Of a stretch of DNA of 64,000 nt, positions 36,954-46,493 are shown piece after piece. The notes beneath the pieces are model-generated. The model was not told where the DNA came from. It saw only the letters and a list, made by a program, of their open reading frames with translations, and did no database searches. A program made the position numbers and the translations under genes. This stretch comes from an uncultured Candidatus Poseidoniales archaeon (GTDB taxonomy: Archaea > Thermoplasmatota > Poseidoniia > Poseidoniales > Poseidoniaceae), in the NCBI GenBank assembly GCA_902563095.1, contig CACEWA010000004.1, positions 114 through 64,113 of the forward strand, read 5' to 3'. Each line of letters starts with the position of its first letter. Position 1 is the first letter of the stretch.

Positions 36954-37697
36954 ATGTTCAAACGTCCGTGGAAGCTTTGGCAACCACACTGGCGTCAAAA
37001 GGAAAATCCTAGATTATTTTGGTACACAATTCTAACTCTAATTTTAGCGATGGCTCTGCCATATTCTGTAATCAATCAGATTATGGGATATTTTGACAGA
37101 TCTGTGTTAGACCCAATAATGCCAATCGATTCAATGGTGCCATACATTGGATGGTCGTTCGTGATTTATTTGAGCCTGTACTTGTATTACCCTGCAGCAG
37201 CATGGTTCGGCAGAGATAGTGATGAGAGAATTCGAGAAATGTTTGCTTTCTATCAAGCATTATTTGTAATGACTTGGGCGGTTAACCTAATTTTCATTTT
37301 ATTTCCTACAGAGGTATACATCCGTGACCAAATTCCTGCGGATGTTAGAGCAGGAGAAGGGTTCTGGGGATTCTGGTTTGGAGATTTGATGCATAAGACC
37401 GACATGCCATACAACGCATGGCCGAGTTTGCATGTTGTTCAATCTCTAATGATTGTAATGCTGCTAAGACATTGGAAAATCGTCACCGGTTGGAAAGAGG
37501 TCTTTTTGTGGATTGCATGGGTTGCACTCTGTATTTCTGTAATGACTACTAAGCAGCATTTTTTCTTCGATTTAGCAACTGGAATAGTCACTGGAATAGC
37601 ATGTTGGTACTGGATGTGCATACCGGCAATGAAAGAATCCTCGAACCAAGAATGGAGTGAAGCGTTCTCATCTAATGACTCTCATTCCGAATCGTAA
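36954..37697 (+). CDS. PAP2-superfamily membrane protein (Aur1/sphingomyelin-synthase-like subgroup)
   Basis: Six TM helices. C2/C3-type motifs AWPSLHVVQS and KQHFFFDLATGIV (PSxH ... HxxxD). Confidence 0.55.
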   Translation: MFKRPWKLWQPHWRQKENPRLFWYTILTLILAMALPYSVINQIMGYFDRSVLDPIMPIDSMVPYIGWSFVIYLSLYLYYPAAAWFGRDSDERIREMFAFYQALFVMTWAVNLIFILFPTEVYIRDQIPADVRAGEGFWGFWFGDLMHKTDMPYNAWPSLHVVQSLMIVMLLRHWKIVTGWKEVFLWIAWVALCISVMTTKQHFFFDLATGIVTGIACWYWMCIPAMKESSNQEWSEAFSSNDSHSES

Positions 37698-38434
37698 ATT
37701 ATCGATACAGTATGAGATACTGAAATGTAATCCTGACCTTCATCATATTCAATACTCAAATCATGAAGAAGATATGTGTTGAAATGAATTGTGTTCCAAG
37801 TGACTGACTCTCCATCGCCTACCTGTTCGCTGTAACTTTGACATGTGTCACCAAGTTCATCAGTAATTTTCCAAGTAAAATCAACTGACCGACCTCCACC
37901 AAAATCTTCTATGATACTTGGATTCTCTACTGTCGATACGATTTCTATGTAAATTGGATGCTCACCACTATTGCTTGGAATAGGATTGAAGGGCATTTTT
38001 TCTGGCTCATTAGTATCGTCTTCAATCCAATTAATGCGTAAATCTACACGGATTTTTTCGGTAGTTGATGCTCGATTATTTTGCTCATTGATTGCGTAAG
38101 CCGTTAAATTGTACATTCCATGTTCACTAAAAGATACAATTATTGATGTCTCATCTTGAAATTCGACTTCAATTGGTTCTCTATCATCATCAAATTCTAT
38201 TCCGATCTTTTTCAGCTTAGTTTCAGATTTGGTTTCTGAGAAATCAACTATGAATTCAAATGACTCAAGAGAAGTCAATTCACCATCCAAGTAAGATTCA
38301 ATCACTGTTCCGTTAAGGGTGTTATAATTGACTTGTAATTCTATTGTATTGGAATCTTCACCAAAAGAAAGGCATCCAGGTAAGCATAAACCTGAGCAAA
38401 AAATCAGAACCACTACGGCCCTAATACCTCTCAT
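37682..38434 (-). CDS. secreted lipoprotein, beta-rich (two Ig/PKD-like modules?)
   Basis: Signal peptide with lipobox MRGIRAVVVLIFCSGLCLPGC, then acidic beta-strand-pattern sequence. Its 3' end overlaps the convergent PAP2 gene by 16 nt. Confidence 0.55.
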   Translation of the reverse strand: MRGIRAVVVLIFCSGLCLPGCLSFGEDSNTIELQVNYNTLNGTVIESYLDGELTSLESFEFIVDFSETKSETKLKKIGIEFDDDREPIEVEFQDETSIIVSFSEHGMYNLTAYAINEQNNRASTTEKIRVDLRINWIEDDTNEPEKMPFNPIPSNSGEHPIYIEIVSTVENPSIIEDFGGGRSVDFTWKITDELGDTCQSYSEQVGDGESVTWNTIHFNTYLLHDLSIEYDEGQDYISVSHTVSIIYDSE

Positions 38435-38553
38435 AAACTAAACGTGTACTTCAAGATATAAAATTGCAATTCCCAAATGTACAATAACAAACATACTCGA
38501 AAAAAAGTAGTCATTCTCTCGATAGATTAAATTGCGTCGGATTTCTAGTAACT

Positions 38554-39123
38554 GTGAGGAAGATGCGTAGGTCTATGGATTCGGATGATGCCAGCCAAGG
38601 CATCAGCGCGATGATCGTATTCATTTCAATCATCCTAGTGAGTTCAATAATATCAGGCGTAGTTATTGGATTCGCTGAAAAAGTATTCACCGAAACCAAG
38701 ACTGATGCAAAAGAAAATGTCCCTAGCGTGAAAGGTATTGTCAACATTGTTGTCTTGGAAATCTTCTCACTTGGAGCAAATGATGAAATCCATATTGTCT
38801 TTGAATTACCCTACATCGAAAGTGCTGTTGCCGACGATGATTTAGCATGGGTCGTGATGTGTAATCCATCTGGTTCCAACAATGTGAATTTCGATGAAGG
38901 AGACTTCGTACTTGCTACCGACCTTGACGGTGATGGTAGAACTGACCTACCATTAGAACAATTTGAACCAGCCGTTACTTACAGAATGATTATTCCCCTT
39001 GAAGACTGCGATTTGAATGATATCGATGAAGCAACATTAATCCTAATGGTCGACAGAGGTAGAACTCAAGAGTGGCAAATGCATATCGGAAGCGCTCCAT
39101 ATCAAGGACAAGATTTGAATTAG
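38554..39123 (+). CDS. archaellin / archaeal type IV pilin-like protein (class III signal peptide)
   Basis: N-terminus MRKMRRSMDSDDASQGISAMIVFISIILVSSIISGVVI closely follows the archaellin pre-protein pattern (basic leader, G/A-S/Q, GI(G/S)xxIVFIxxxLV). GAGGAAG Shine-Dalgarno motif. 189 aa. Confidence 0.7.
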   Translation: MRKMRRSMDSDDASQGISAMIVFISIILVSSIISGVVIGFAEKVFTETKTDAKENVPSVKGIVNIVVLEIFSLGANDEIHIVFELPYIESAVADDDLAWVVMCNPSGSNNVNFDEGDFVLATDLDGDGRTDLPLEQFEPAVTYRMIIPLEDCDLNDIDEATLILMVDRGRTQEWQMHIGSAPYQGQDLN

Positions 39124-39131
39124 GTGATATT

Positions 39132-39755
39132 TTGCGAAGAAATCGAATTATTTCCGATGAAGAGTGCGCTATGGGAATAGGTGCAATGATTATTTTCGTC
39201 GGGATTATTTTATTCACTTCAATAGTCTCATTTACTATCATACATATTACTGAAGAACTTACCCAAAACAGTCAGAACACTGCAGAAGATGTCAGAAGAG
39301 ATGTTGCCAATTCGGTAATTATTACTGGCGCTTGGGTCTATGACAACTATGACGATATGCTATTCATGATGGAATTCGGTGCAACCGGTGACCCATTAAC
39401 TCGTCAAGACGTACATTATGTTCTAACCTGTACTGAAGATGATGGGGATTTCTTTTACCGTTCAGCAATGTTAGGATTCTCCAACGGCGGCTCTGCAATT
39501 TTCGTTTGGGAAGTGGGAACTGAAAGGCCTACAACTGAGGCTGATAATGTCGACAATTTCGAACCTGGTGGAAGATATTTCTTCACCTTAGATGGGGGTA
39601 CACAAGCTGCACCGGGAGGCGATCAATGCGGACCAGTACATCTTGATAGAGAGGGGATTTCTGCAAACCTTTGGCTGCACATTCCGAATGGACCTTCAAC
39701 ACATCAAATATTGACATTATCAAACGGCCGAGAAATAGGTTCTCAGATTATCTGA
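39132..39755 (+). CDS. archaellin / archaeal type IV pilin-like protein, paralogue of the previous gene
   Basis: (L)RRNRIISDEECAMGIGAMIIFVGIILFTSIVSFTII parallels the N-terminus of the upstream paralogue. I propose TTG 39132 as the start because GGTGAT sits exactly 3 nt upstream, the same spacing as at sufB and sufS in this window. The ORF track starts at ATG 39072, which would overlap the upstream gene by 52 nt. Confidence 0.6.
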   Translation: MRRNRIISDEECAMGIGAMIIFVGIILFTSIVSFTIIHITEELTQNSQNTAEDVRRDVANSVIITGAWVYDNYDDMLFMMEFGATGDPLTRQDVHYVLTCTEDDGDFFYRSAMLGFSNGGSAIFVWEVGTERPTTEADNVDNFEPGGRYFFTLDGGTQAAPGGDQCGPVHLDREGISANLWLHIPNGPSTHQILTLSNGREIGSQII

Positions 39756-39759
39756 GAAC

Positions 39760-41463
39760 TTACATCCAACTTGCAATTAGTTCCGGCTGAGTCAAGTAAA
39801 ATGTTAGGGCAATTCCTGCCATCATCATCATCCAAGCACCTATCGCCTTGATTAGTCCTGTAGACCTTCTTAGAATGTTGATGAAGCGTTGTTGTCCTAG
39901 ACCGACAACTGTCGTCACCGTAATCATCAGTAAACTCACAGATAACATTAGTCCTGCTAATCCAGTCCAAGTTGCAGTCCCACCAATCAATGCAAGATAT
40001 GCAATGAAAGGTATTACCGCTGCTGCTGTACAGTCAATGGATGCTGCGGAGTATCCAATTCCCCACAGATACATATTGCGCCTTGGAGTGAATTTTTCAT
40101 CCATTTCAGTTGTGGAATATTTGTCAACTAATTTTTGGACGAAGCCAAGTAAATGCGCAGTACCTCCTGTTAGCATGAATGCTCCAAGAACGATTAGAAG
40201 AATTGCTACTGCAAGAGCGAAATAATGCAGCACACCTGACAAATTGATTATACTACCAAGCCCAAGTATAACAATTCCAATTATGGCGAAGAAAGTTAGT
40301 TGTCCTAGAGCAGCTAATCCACCCAATATCCAATGCGCAGGCATTTTTTTCTCAAGTTTCCCTGCTTCCATTAGTTCATCTTCACGCTGACCAAGGCCAA
40401 CATAATATGAGATATAACCTGGTAAAATTGGGAACGCACAGGGTGAGAAGTAGACCAGAACACCGAGTAGTAACCCCATAGTGAAAATTGCACCTGCTGA
40501 GCGATCGACTTCTGCTAAAGAGAATCTCATGTTTTCTGCATCACCATCTGCAGCCGAAAATACCGCTGAGTCGAATTCATCCCAACCACCAGTGGGTGTC
40601 CCCGAACTCTCTTTAGCAACAATATATCCTTCATGGTCAATTACTAAAACAACTGGAATTGCCTGTGCTTGATATTCTTCCACCATATCGCCACGAGTGA
40701 ATTCGATAATTTCCCAAGTGACATTTCCTTCTAGAGTGGTCTCGATTGTGAAATTGATCGATGTGTTTTCATGAATAGTGACTTCGATTCCTTCAACATC
40801 AACATCCAAATCGTCGTTATCGGTTAGGCCTTGGCCAACATCAAAGCATGAGACTTCTTTTTGCGATTCATTCACTTGTGCTTCAAGACAATAAGTGCCG
40901 TCATCCAAGTCTACTTCTGATGAATTAAAACCTGAATGTATAACTTCTGATTTCAGTACTGAATCTGTGTCTCCAGTCGCTACAATCCAAGGCATGTGCG
41001 AGTCTGAATCAGGGTCGCCAAATGTGTTGTTCAACATATTCAATGATTCGACTGAGTACCACATTCCTACTGAAATAATGACTATCTCATAATCGCCATC
41101 ATATTCACGCCAATCATCAAATTGTTTCTCCAAATGTGCTTGTACTAAATGACAATTAGCGCAATCGATTGCCATGAAATCTAGGATGACAACCTTTCCT
41201 CTATGTTCGGATAATTGGAACCATCCAGTTTCATTAACATAGCCACTTTCTTCAATTGAACGATTTACGGATTCTACCTCAAAATCTGGTGCGAGGCGAA
41301 TGTTATCTCTGTCGACTCCATAACCGGATGATGCTAAATCAAACATCGACAGACCAGCATATCCGATTATTGAAAATAGAACAATACCGATTCCCAATGC
41401 TTTCCAGGTAGTTGAATCTTTGAAAACTCCGAGGTCAATTCCGAACTTTTCCTTTAGACCCAT
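39760..41463 (-). CDS. fusion of TlpA/redoxin-like thioredoxin domain (CxxC) with CcdA/DsbD-type transmembrane electron-transfer domain
   Basis: N-terminal TM segment, then VVILDFMAIDCANCHLV (Cys codons at 41163-41152). The later part of the thioredoxin fold is IPVVLVIDHEGYIV. A multi-TM domain follows with FSPCAFPILPGY and AASIDCTAAAVIPF, the two conserved Cys/Pro motifs of CcdA/DsbD. The start is ATG 41463 or TTG 41502. Confidence 0.75.
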   Translation of the reverse strand: MGLKEKFGIDLGVFKDSTTWKALGIGIVLFSIIGYAGLSMFDLASSGYGVDRDNIRLAPDFEVESVNRSIEESGYVNETGWFQLSEHRGKVVILDFMAIDCANCHLVQAHLEKQFDDWREYDGDYEIVIISVGMWYSVESLNMLNNTFGDPDSDSHMPWIVATGDTDSVLKSEVIHSGFNSSEVDLDDGTYCLEAQVNESQKEVSCFDVGQGLTDNDDLDVDVEGIEVTIHENTSINFTIETTLEGNVTWEIIEFTRGDMVEEYQAQAIPVVLVIDHEGYIVAKESSGTPTGGWDEFDSAVFSAADGDAENMRFSLAEVDRSAGAIFTMGLLLGVLVYFSPCAFPILPGYISYYVGLGQREDELMEAGKLEKKMPAHWILGGLAALGQLTFFAIIGIVILGLGSIINLSGVLHYFALAVAILLIVLGAFMLTGGTAHLLGFVQKLVDKYSTTEMDEKFTPRRNMYLWGIGYSAASIDCTAAAVIPFIAYLALIGGTATWTGLAGLMLSVSLLMITVTTVVGLGQQRFINILRRSTGLIKAIGAWMMMMAGIALTFYLTQPELIASWM

Positions 41464-41517
41464 ACAAAGCGCTAGAGAATGCGAGTTAAGAAACTCTCGC
41501 AAGGTTTGTGTTCAGGG

Positions 41518-41745
41518 TTATCGCAAAACCTTCTTGCCTTTTCCTGCCCAAAGAACAATTCTGAAACAAATCCCGCCAATAATAACCCCAATTGCGCCGG
41601 ACAAATACATCCAAATCACTTCATCTGCTCCAGCAATGGCTGCATCTATCAAGACATAAAGAAGGAGAACGGCGGAAATAGCGCCAATTGCACCACTTAT
41701 GCCTAGACCGGCAGCGATGACCCCCATTTTCTTGAGCAAGTTCAC
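41518..41745 (-). CDS. small hypothetical membrane protein (75 aa, 2 TM, Gly/Ala/Ile-rich)
   Basis: GVIAAGLGISGAIGAISAVLLLYVL and LSGAIGVIIGGICFRIVLWAG. Its orientation matches the flanking genes, and the overlapping + strand ORFs look like antisense artefacts. Confidence 0.4.
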   Translation of the reverse strand: MNLLKKMGVIAAGLGISGAIGAISAVLLLYVLIDAAIAGADEVIWMYLSGAIGVIIGGICFRIVLWAGKGKKVLR

Positions 41746-41789
41746 AACCCTACGTATACTAAGTCAGTGATAAGTCTTGAGGGGAAATT

Positions 41790-42320
41790 TTAACCTACGT
41801 GTTCTAAGTCTCTGGACATAGAATACAATCGATATAATGCATCATTTTCAATTAACCAATCTACTACACAAGATGGTATTGAGGCCAACATCACTGTTTT
41901 CTGTGCATCGGTTTCGTAAACTGTAGAGAGCATTTTCAAAGTGGCTCTGACTCTCCATCCTTCAAATGATTCTCTATTTGAGAGATCTACCCAGTCAACT
42001 GTAAATCCACTTTCCTCGTACAATTCCTTAGTAGATTCATCACTAGTTACCAAGACCCCTTCTCCATGAAACTTGGTGGCGTGCTCGACCCAGTTTGGAG
42101 GGTCATTAATGTCAGGGATTTGAACGATTTTTGCTTCACGGCCATCTAACCAAGCTCGAATCATTGCTTCGCGCTCATCGGCATTCCAAGGATTGCTCAT
42201 ACTCAGTTCTGCTTCACTTGAGCCAATTGCGATTATTGTTGGACCTTTACCCAGTGCAACTTCGACCAAGTGTTCATGGCCTCTATGAAATGGTTGAAAT
42301 CTACCTAAAACAATGTTCAT
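41790..42320 (-). CDS. nicotinamide-nucleotide adenylyltransferase (archaeal NMNAT type)
   Basis: GRFQPFHRGHEHLV nucleotidyltransferase motif at the N-terminus. ATG 42320 is preceded by GAGTGAT. Confidence 0.8.
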   Translation of the reverse strand: MNIVLGRFQPFHRGHEHLVEVALGKGPTIIAIGSSEAELSMSNPWNADEREAMIRAWLDGREAKIVQIPDINDPPNWVEHATKFHGEGVLVTSDESTKELYEESGFTVDWVDLSNRESFEGWRVRATLKMLSTVYETDAQKTVMLASIPSCVVDWLIENDALYRLYSMSRDLEHVG

Positions 42321-42325
42321 GCATA

Positions 42326-43510
42326 TCACTCAAAATACGATTCAACATCAAGTTCTGGTAATCCTAAGCCAAAGTCATTGAAACAAGCAATCATTCGCTT
42401 GCATCCCTCTACCATTTCAGAAACCGGTGTTTCTCCCATACTGCCAATTCTAAACATCTTACCTTTGAGATGGTCCTGCGCACCAATAACTTGAGTTTCA
42501 TATTCATTCTTTAGTCTAGTGCGCCATTCGTCATTTATTCCCTCAGGGTACATTATTGCAGTAACTGTAGCAGAACGGAAAAATTCGTCCGCTAATAACT
42601 CAAAGCCTAAATCTGTGAATAAGGCTCTAACACCTTTAGCCATCAAAGCACATCTTGACCATCTTTCTTGCAACCCTTCCGACTTGAGAGTTTCCAGAGC
42701 AGCTGCCCAACCCATTGCAGGATTTATTGCAGGAGTCCAAGGAGTTTGATCATCATCTCCTTTTTTCATTGCTGACAAAATATCTAGGTAATATGTAGGA
42801 TTAGAATCGTCTTGATTTCTTATTGCATTACACCTATCGATGAAATGTTGGTTGACTGCGATTGCAGCGATGCCGCTTGGACCCGCAGTACATTTTTGTG
42901 CACCAACTACTACTGCTTCTGCACCCCATTCTTCGGGATGGACGGGCAGGCCTCCAACACTGGTTATGCCATCGATGATGAAAGCAACTCCGTGCCTTTG
43001 GCACATCTCAGCCAACTCTAAAGCGTCCTGGGTAATTCCAGATGATGTTTCGTTGTGACAAACCGCTAAAGCTTCCCAGTTTCCTCTAGCCAATTGTTCT
43101 TCTATTTCACCCAAATCAAAAGAACGGCCCCATTCATATTTCAAATGCTTAACATTACAAAATCTTGAACCCATTTCAGCTACGCGTTCTCCGAACTTTC
43201 CATTTGTAGGAACTAAGACACGGTCATTCGGTCTGAAACGATTAGCCATCACCATCTCCATAGCAGCTGTGCCCGAACCTGAAACAACAATTACTCTGTA
43301 TCCATCTTCACCAATCCAAGACTGGTTTTTCCTTTCATCAGATGAAGGTGATAAATTGAAAGCATAGCGCAATCCACTGTTTAATCGTGCCATTACGTCT
43401 CGAAACTCAGTGCCTCTGGCCGTAATTGTTGGGCTGGCTAAAGCATCTAAACATGCTTGACTCATTCGAACTGGACCCGGGACCAAAAAACAGTCACCAT
43501 CATGAGCCAT
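42326..43510 (-). CDS. class V aminotransferase (serine-glyoxylate/alanine-glyoxylate/phosphoserine aminotransferase-like)
   Basis: LVPGPVRMS N-terminus, VSGSGTAAME and PLP-lysine region VVGAQKCTAGPSG. I set the start at MAHDGDC (43510). The longer track ORF overlaps pdxT. Confidence 0.8.
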   Translation of the reverse strand: MAHDGDCFLVPGPVRMSQACLDALASPTITARGTEFRDVMARLNSGLRYAFNLSPSSDERKNQSWIGEDGYRVIVVSGSGTAAMEMVMANRFRPNDRVLVPTNGKFGERVAEMGSRFCNVKHLKYEWGRSFDLGEIEEQLARGNWEALAVCHNETSSGITQDALELAEMCQRHGVAFIIDGITSVGGLPVHPEEWGAEAVVVGAQKCTAGPSGIAAIAVNQHFIDRCNAIRNQDDSNPTYYLDILSAMKKGDDDQTPWTPAINPAMGWAAALETLKSEGLQERWSRCALMAKGVRALFTDLGFELLADEFFRSATVTAIMYPEGINDEWRTRLKNEYETQVIGAQDHLKGKMFRIGSMGETPVSEMVEGCKRMIACFNDFGLGLPELDVESYFE

Positions 43511-43589
43511 GGTACTGCGAAGCGCGCTCGGTTCAATAAGTGAACTACAAACCGTCGCTGTGAAGAACCCTATGCCCTTAGGACAACAC

Positions 43590-44156
43590 ATGCTGACAGT
43601 GGGCGTTGCAATGTTGCAAGGTGCTCGCCATGAGCATATGCATTCAATACTGAAAGCCGCTGAAAATATTGGCACAGATATTGAGATTCGTGAGTTACGT
43701 AAAGCAAGCGACGTCGAAGGTGTCGATGCTATAATTCTCCCAGGGGGAGAATCTACCGCTATGAAAATCGCTAGTCGGTCTGAAAACCTCTATTCGAAAA
43801 TTTGGGAAATGATCAAAGTAAACGGCACACCTGTTTTGGGGACATGTGCGGGAGCCATACTCTTGTCCCAACAAGGATTAATTGAAACATCGATTGAAAG
43901 AAATGCCTTTGGAAGACAGAAAGAAAGTTTTCAGGCTGAAATAAAAATCGACATGGATGGTGAAAGTAATTTCCCAGGTGTGTTCATCAGAGCACCACGG
44001 TTTTTGCAGGGTAGCAATCACCCCGTTGCTTGGCTTGATGAAGAGGTCGTTGGAGTTCTTGAAGGAAACATAATGGCATTGACATTTCATCCAGAATTGA
44101 CTGAAGATTACAGATTCCACATTTGGTTACTAAACCGTGTAAAGCAACTTGATTGA
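43590..44156 (+). CDS. pdxT: pyridoxal 5'-phosphate synthase glutaminase subunit
   Basis: VGVAMLQGARHEH, LPGGESTAM, GTCAGAILL and FHPELT motifs. I set the start at MLTVGV (43590). Confidence 0.85.
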   Translation: MLTVGVAMLQGARHEHMHSILKAAENIGTDIEIRELRKASDVEGVDAIILPGGESTAMKIASRSENLYSKIWEMIKVNGTPVLGTCAGAILLSQQGLIETSIERNAFGRQKESFQAEIKIDMDGESNFPGVFIRAPRFLQGSNHPVAWLDEEVVGVLEGNIMALTFHPELTEDYRFHIWLLNRVKQLD

Positions 44157-44204
44157 ATGAATCGCACCGTTGAATTGAAACCATAGATGTAAGACCGAAT
44201 TCAT

Positions 44205-45284
44205 GTGCAACTGCAAATGGCTAGCGAGATTGCCCCCCCGGAAGAGGGTGAGGCCGAAGGTTGCATACAATGCCAACGAGGTAGCAAATTAGTGTTATTC
44301 GTCACAGGAAAATGTCATTGGGGTTGCGACTATTGCCCGCTTTCAGATAATCGCAGAGAGTCTCCCGACATGTTTGCAAATGAAAGACGTTGTACAAATT
44401 TCGATGAAGTGATAGAGGAAGGTAAGGCGATGAGAGCTACTGGTACTGGCATCACTGGCGGCGACCCAATGCTAGATTTCGAAAAAACTGTTGAGGCGGT
44501 AAAGGCACTCAAAGCAGCATTCGGAAGTGAACACCACATACACTGCTACACCTCAATTCCAATAAAACCAGAACAAGCCCAAGCCCTTGGAAATGCTGGA
44601 CTTGATGAACTGAGATTCCATTTACTTGACCTTAGTTTGGATAGATATCAAGAATCTGTTATGGCTGCACACCAAGCAGGAATATGCGTTGGAGTTGAAT
44701 TGCCTGCTGAACCAGACAAAGAAGAAAAATTGCTTGCATTATTAGATGAATTAAACGATTCGCCTGTACAATTCTTGAATCTTAATGAGTTAGAAATAAC
44801 TGTTGGAAATCAAGAAAATATGGACGTCAGAGGATTCAATCTTGCAGGGGGAATAACCGCTGCTGCTGCAGGTTCAGCAGAATTGGCGATTAGATTGAAG
44901 CAAGTTGCCAAGAACATGGATTTCCATGTTAAATTCTGCACAGCCACATTCAAGGATGCCGGGCAATTAAGAAACAGATTTAGACGCCGAGCAAAAGCAA
45001 CTTTACGACCATATGAGATTTTGTCTAATGATGATACCATTCTGTTCGGAGCAATTCCTTGCTCTCTCGAAGATGCTGCAGACGATGTGAAGGAGTTGTC
45101 TGAAAACTTGGGGTTGATTGATGCATGGATAAGGTATGATGCCTCAACACAGAGAATCGAAATCCCCCTATCTGCCGCCGAAGAGATTGCGGAACAACTC
45201 AATGTCCCAGTGCTGATGATTGAAGTCCATCCCACACATGAAAGACTCGAAGTGGGTTCGGTTTATTTGAACGAGGTTCGTTGA
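44205..45284 (+). CDS. radical SAM protein (archaeal COG2108-like, PFL-activase-related)
   Basis: CxxxCxxC cluster motif GKCHWGCDYCP followed by GTGITGGDPM. The start is GTG 44205 or ATG 44217. Confidence 0.7.
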   Translation: MQLQMASEIAPPEEGEAEGCIQCQRGSKLVLFVTGKCHWGCDYCPLSDNRRESPDMFANERRCTNFDEVIEEGKAMRATGTGITGGDPMLDFEKTVEAVKALKAAFGSEHHIHCYTSIPIKPEQAQALGNAGLDELRFHLLDLSLDRYQESVMAAHQAGICVGVELPAEPDKEEKLLALLDELNDSPVQFLNLNELEITVGNQENMDVRGFNLAGGITAAAAGSAELAIRLKQVAKNMDFHVKFCTATFKDAGQLRNRFRRRAKATLRPYEILSNDDTILFGAIPCSLEDAADDVKELSENLGLIDAWIRYDASTQRIEIPLSAAEEIAEQLNVPVLMIEVHPTHERLEVGSVYLNEVR

Positions 45285-45295
45285 TTAGTAAGCAA

Positions 45296-45829
45296 TTACT
45301 GGTCTGACGCCACAACAACTCTTGCAGGAGTTAAAACTCTATCTTTGTACATATAACCGGCCTCTAGCTCGTCGATTACTGTGTTTGCAGGATAATCATC
45401 TGAAGGCGGAAGTGTGGTAATCGCTTCCATTTTTGTAGGATCGAATTTACCGCCTTTAGTCTCGATCTTTGACACTCCATCACTGGTTAATTCAGACCAC
45501 ATCTTTGTGCGAATAAGTGTCAATCCTTCATCCTCATTTACCGCTAATGCGCGGTCAATATCTCCCAAAACTGTGAGCATCTTTCTGGCTATTCCCATTC
45601 CACCATACTGGATTGCTACAGCCTTTTCACTCATCAGCCTCTTTCGTACATTTTGGATTTCAGCATCCCGATATGAAATTTCTTTTTCTGCGGCTTCTGC
45701 GCGTTGGAGTGCTTCGACTAAGGGGTCGACTTCCTCGACAACTTCCGGTAGTGCTTCCTCTTCAACCGGAACATCAGTACTTGTTTCCTCTACAACTACC
45801 TCTTCCTCGTCCATGTTATCTCCAACCAT
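45296..45829 (-). CDS. grpE: nucleotide exchange factor GrpE
   Basis: Acidic N-terminus, the coiled-coil segment EISYRDAEIQNVRKRL and a C-terminal beta domain YMYKDRVLTPARVVV. Confidence 0.85.
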   Translation of the reverse strand: MVGDNMDEEEVVVEETSTDVPVEEEALPEVVEEVDPLVEALQRAEAAEKEISYRDAEIQNVRKRLMSEKAVAIQYGGMGIARKMLTVLGDIDRALAVNEDEGLTLIRTKMWSELTSDGVSKIETKGGKFDPTKMEAITTLPPSDDYPANTVIDELEAGYMYKDRVLTPARVVVASDQ

Positions 45830-45845
45830 CGGTCATTTTTCAATT

Positions 45846-46493
45846 TCACGAATCTAGGAGCCGCCCTAGATTCCAATCTCCGTGTCCCCATAGTTTTGCA
45901 TCCAAGTGTTCTCGGCCCAAAATTTGGACAAACCCATTTTGATTAACTGCATGATGAAGTGTTCTTGAATTCCTATCATGTGCTTCAAAGGTTGGAATAA
46001 TTCTTGGATCTTTAGATTCATCTAAAGTTTCTCCCATATCCTTTCTACGTTGCATCCAATCAGCACATACTCTCTCTGAATATTCAGATTCACCCAATTG
46101 GGACAAAGATTCTCTAACCTCGTCCCACACATCATGCGAATACATGTCATCTACATGTTCTAACTCTCTTCCAATCGCATTCTCAATGTAAATGAAGCAT
46201 CGACCTTCCCAGGCTTCCCAATGGCCGATGCTTGCCCATTCAACAAGCTTCAACAAAGCCTCATATGCACCATTTGTGGATAACACGTGACGAACGGTGC
46301 CCTGTCCTGAAATTTCATCTGCAAGGTCTAGGAATTCCGCTTCACAATCAATATCGAAATCTCTGCTCAACTTTGAATCTGGAGAAGGACGTAAAGAGCG
46401 AAGAGAACTCTTCTCCATCTGCGAAATGAATTGCTCCCAATCCATTTCGAGGATTTCATTCAGGCATTCTCCATCGACCAGATGGAGGCGCAT
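45846..46493 (-). CDS. hypothetical acidic cytoplasmic protein
   Basis: The ORF runs to 46640, but that start would overlap the divergent DRG gene. ATG 46493 (MRLHLVDGE) is preceded by GGGGAT. I recognised no family. Confidence 0.4.
   Translation of the reverse strand: MRLHLVDGECLNEILEMDWEQFISQMEKSSLRSLRPSPDSKLSRDFDIDCEAEFLDLADEISGQGTVRHVLSTNGAYEALLKLVEWASIGHWEAWEGRCFIYIENAIGRELEHVDDMYSHDVWDEVRESLSQLGESEYSERVCADWMQRRKDMGETLDESKDPRIIPTFEAHDRNSRTLHHAVNQNGFVQILGREHLDAKLWGHGDWNLGRLLDS

Noticed and set aside
43509-43675. Apparent 167-nt overlap of divergent pdxT and aminotransferase ORFs
   Set aside because: Both long ORFs start upstream of the conserved N-termini. Trimming to MLTVGVAMLQGA (43590) and MAHDGDCFLVPGP (43510) gives a normal ~80-bp divergent spacer.
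45414-45942. 147-aa and 109-aa + strand ORFs overlapping grpE
   Set aside because: They are antisense to a well-supported GrpE sequence. Their Ser-rich, low-complexity composition reflects the Glu-rich codons on the opposite strand.
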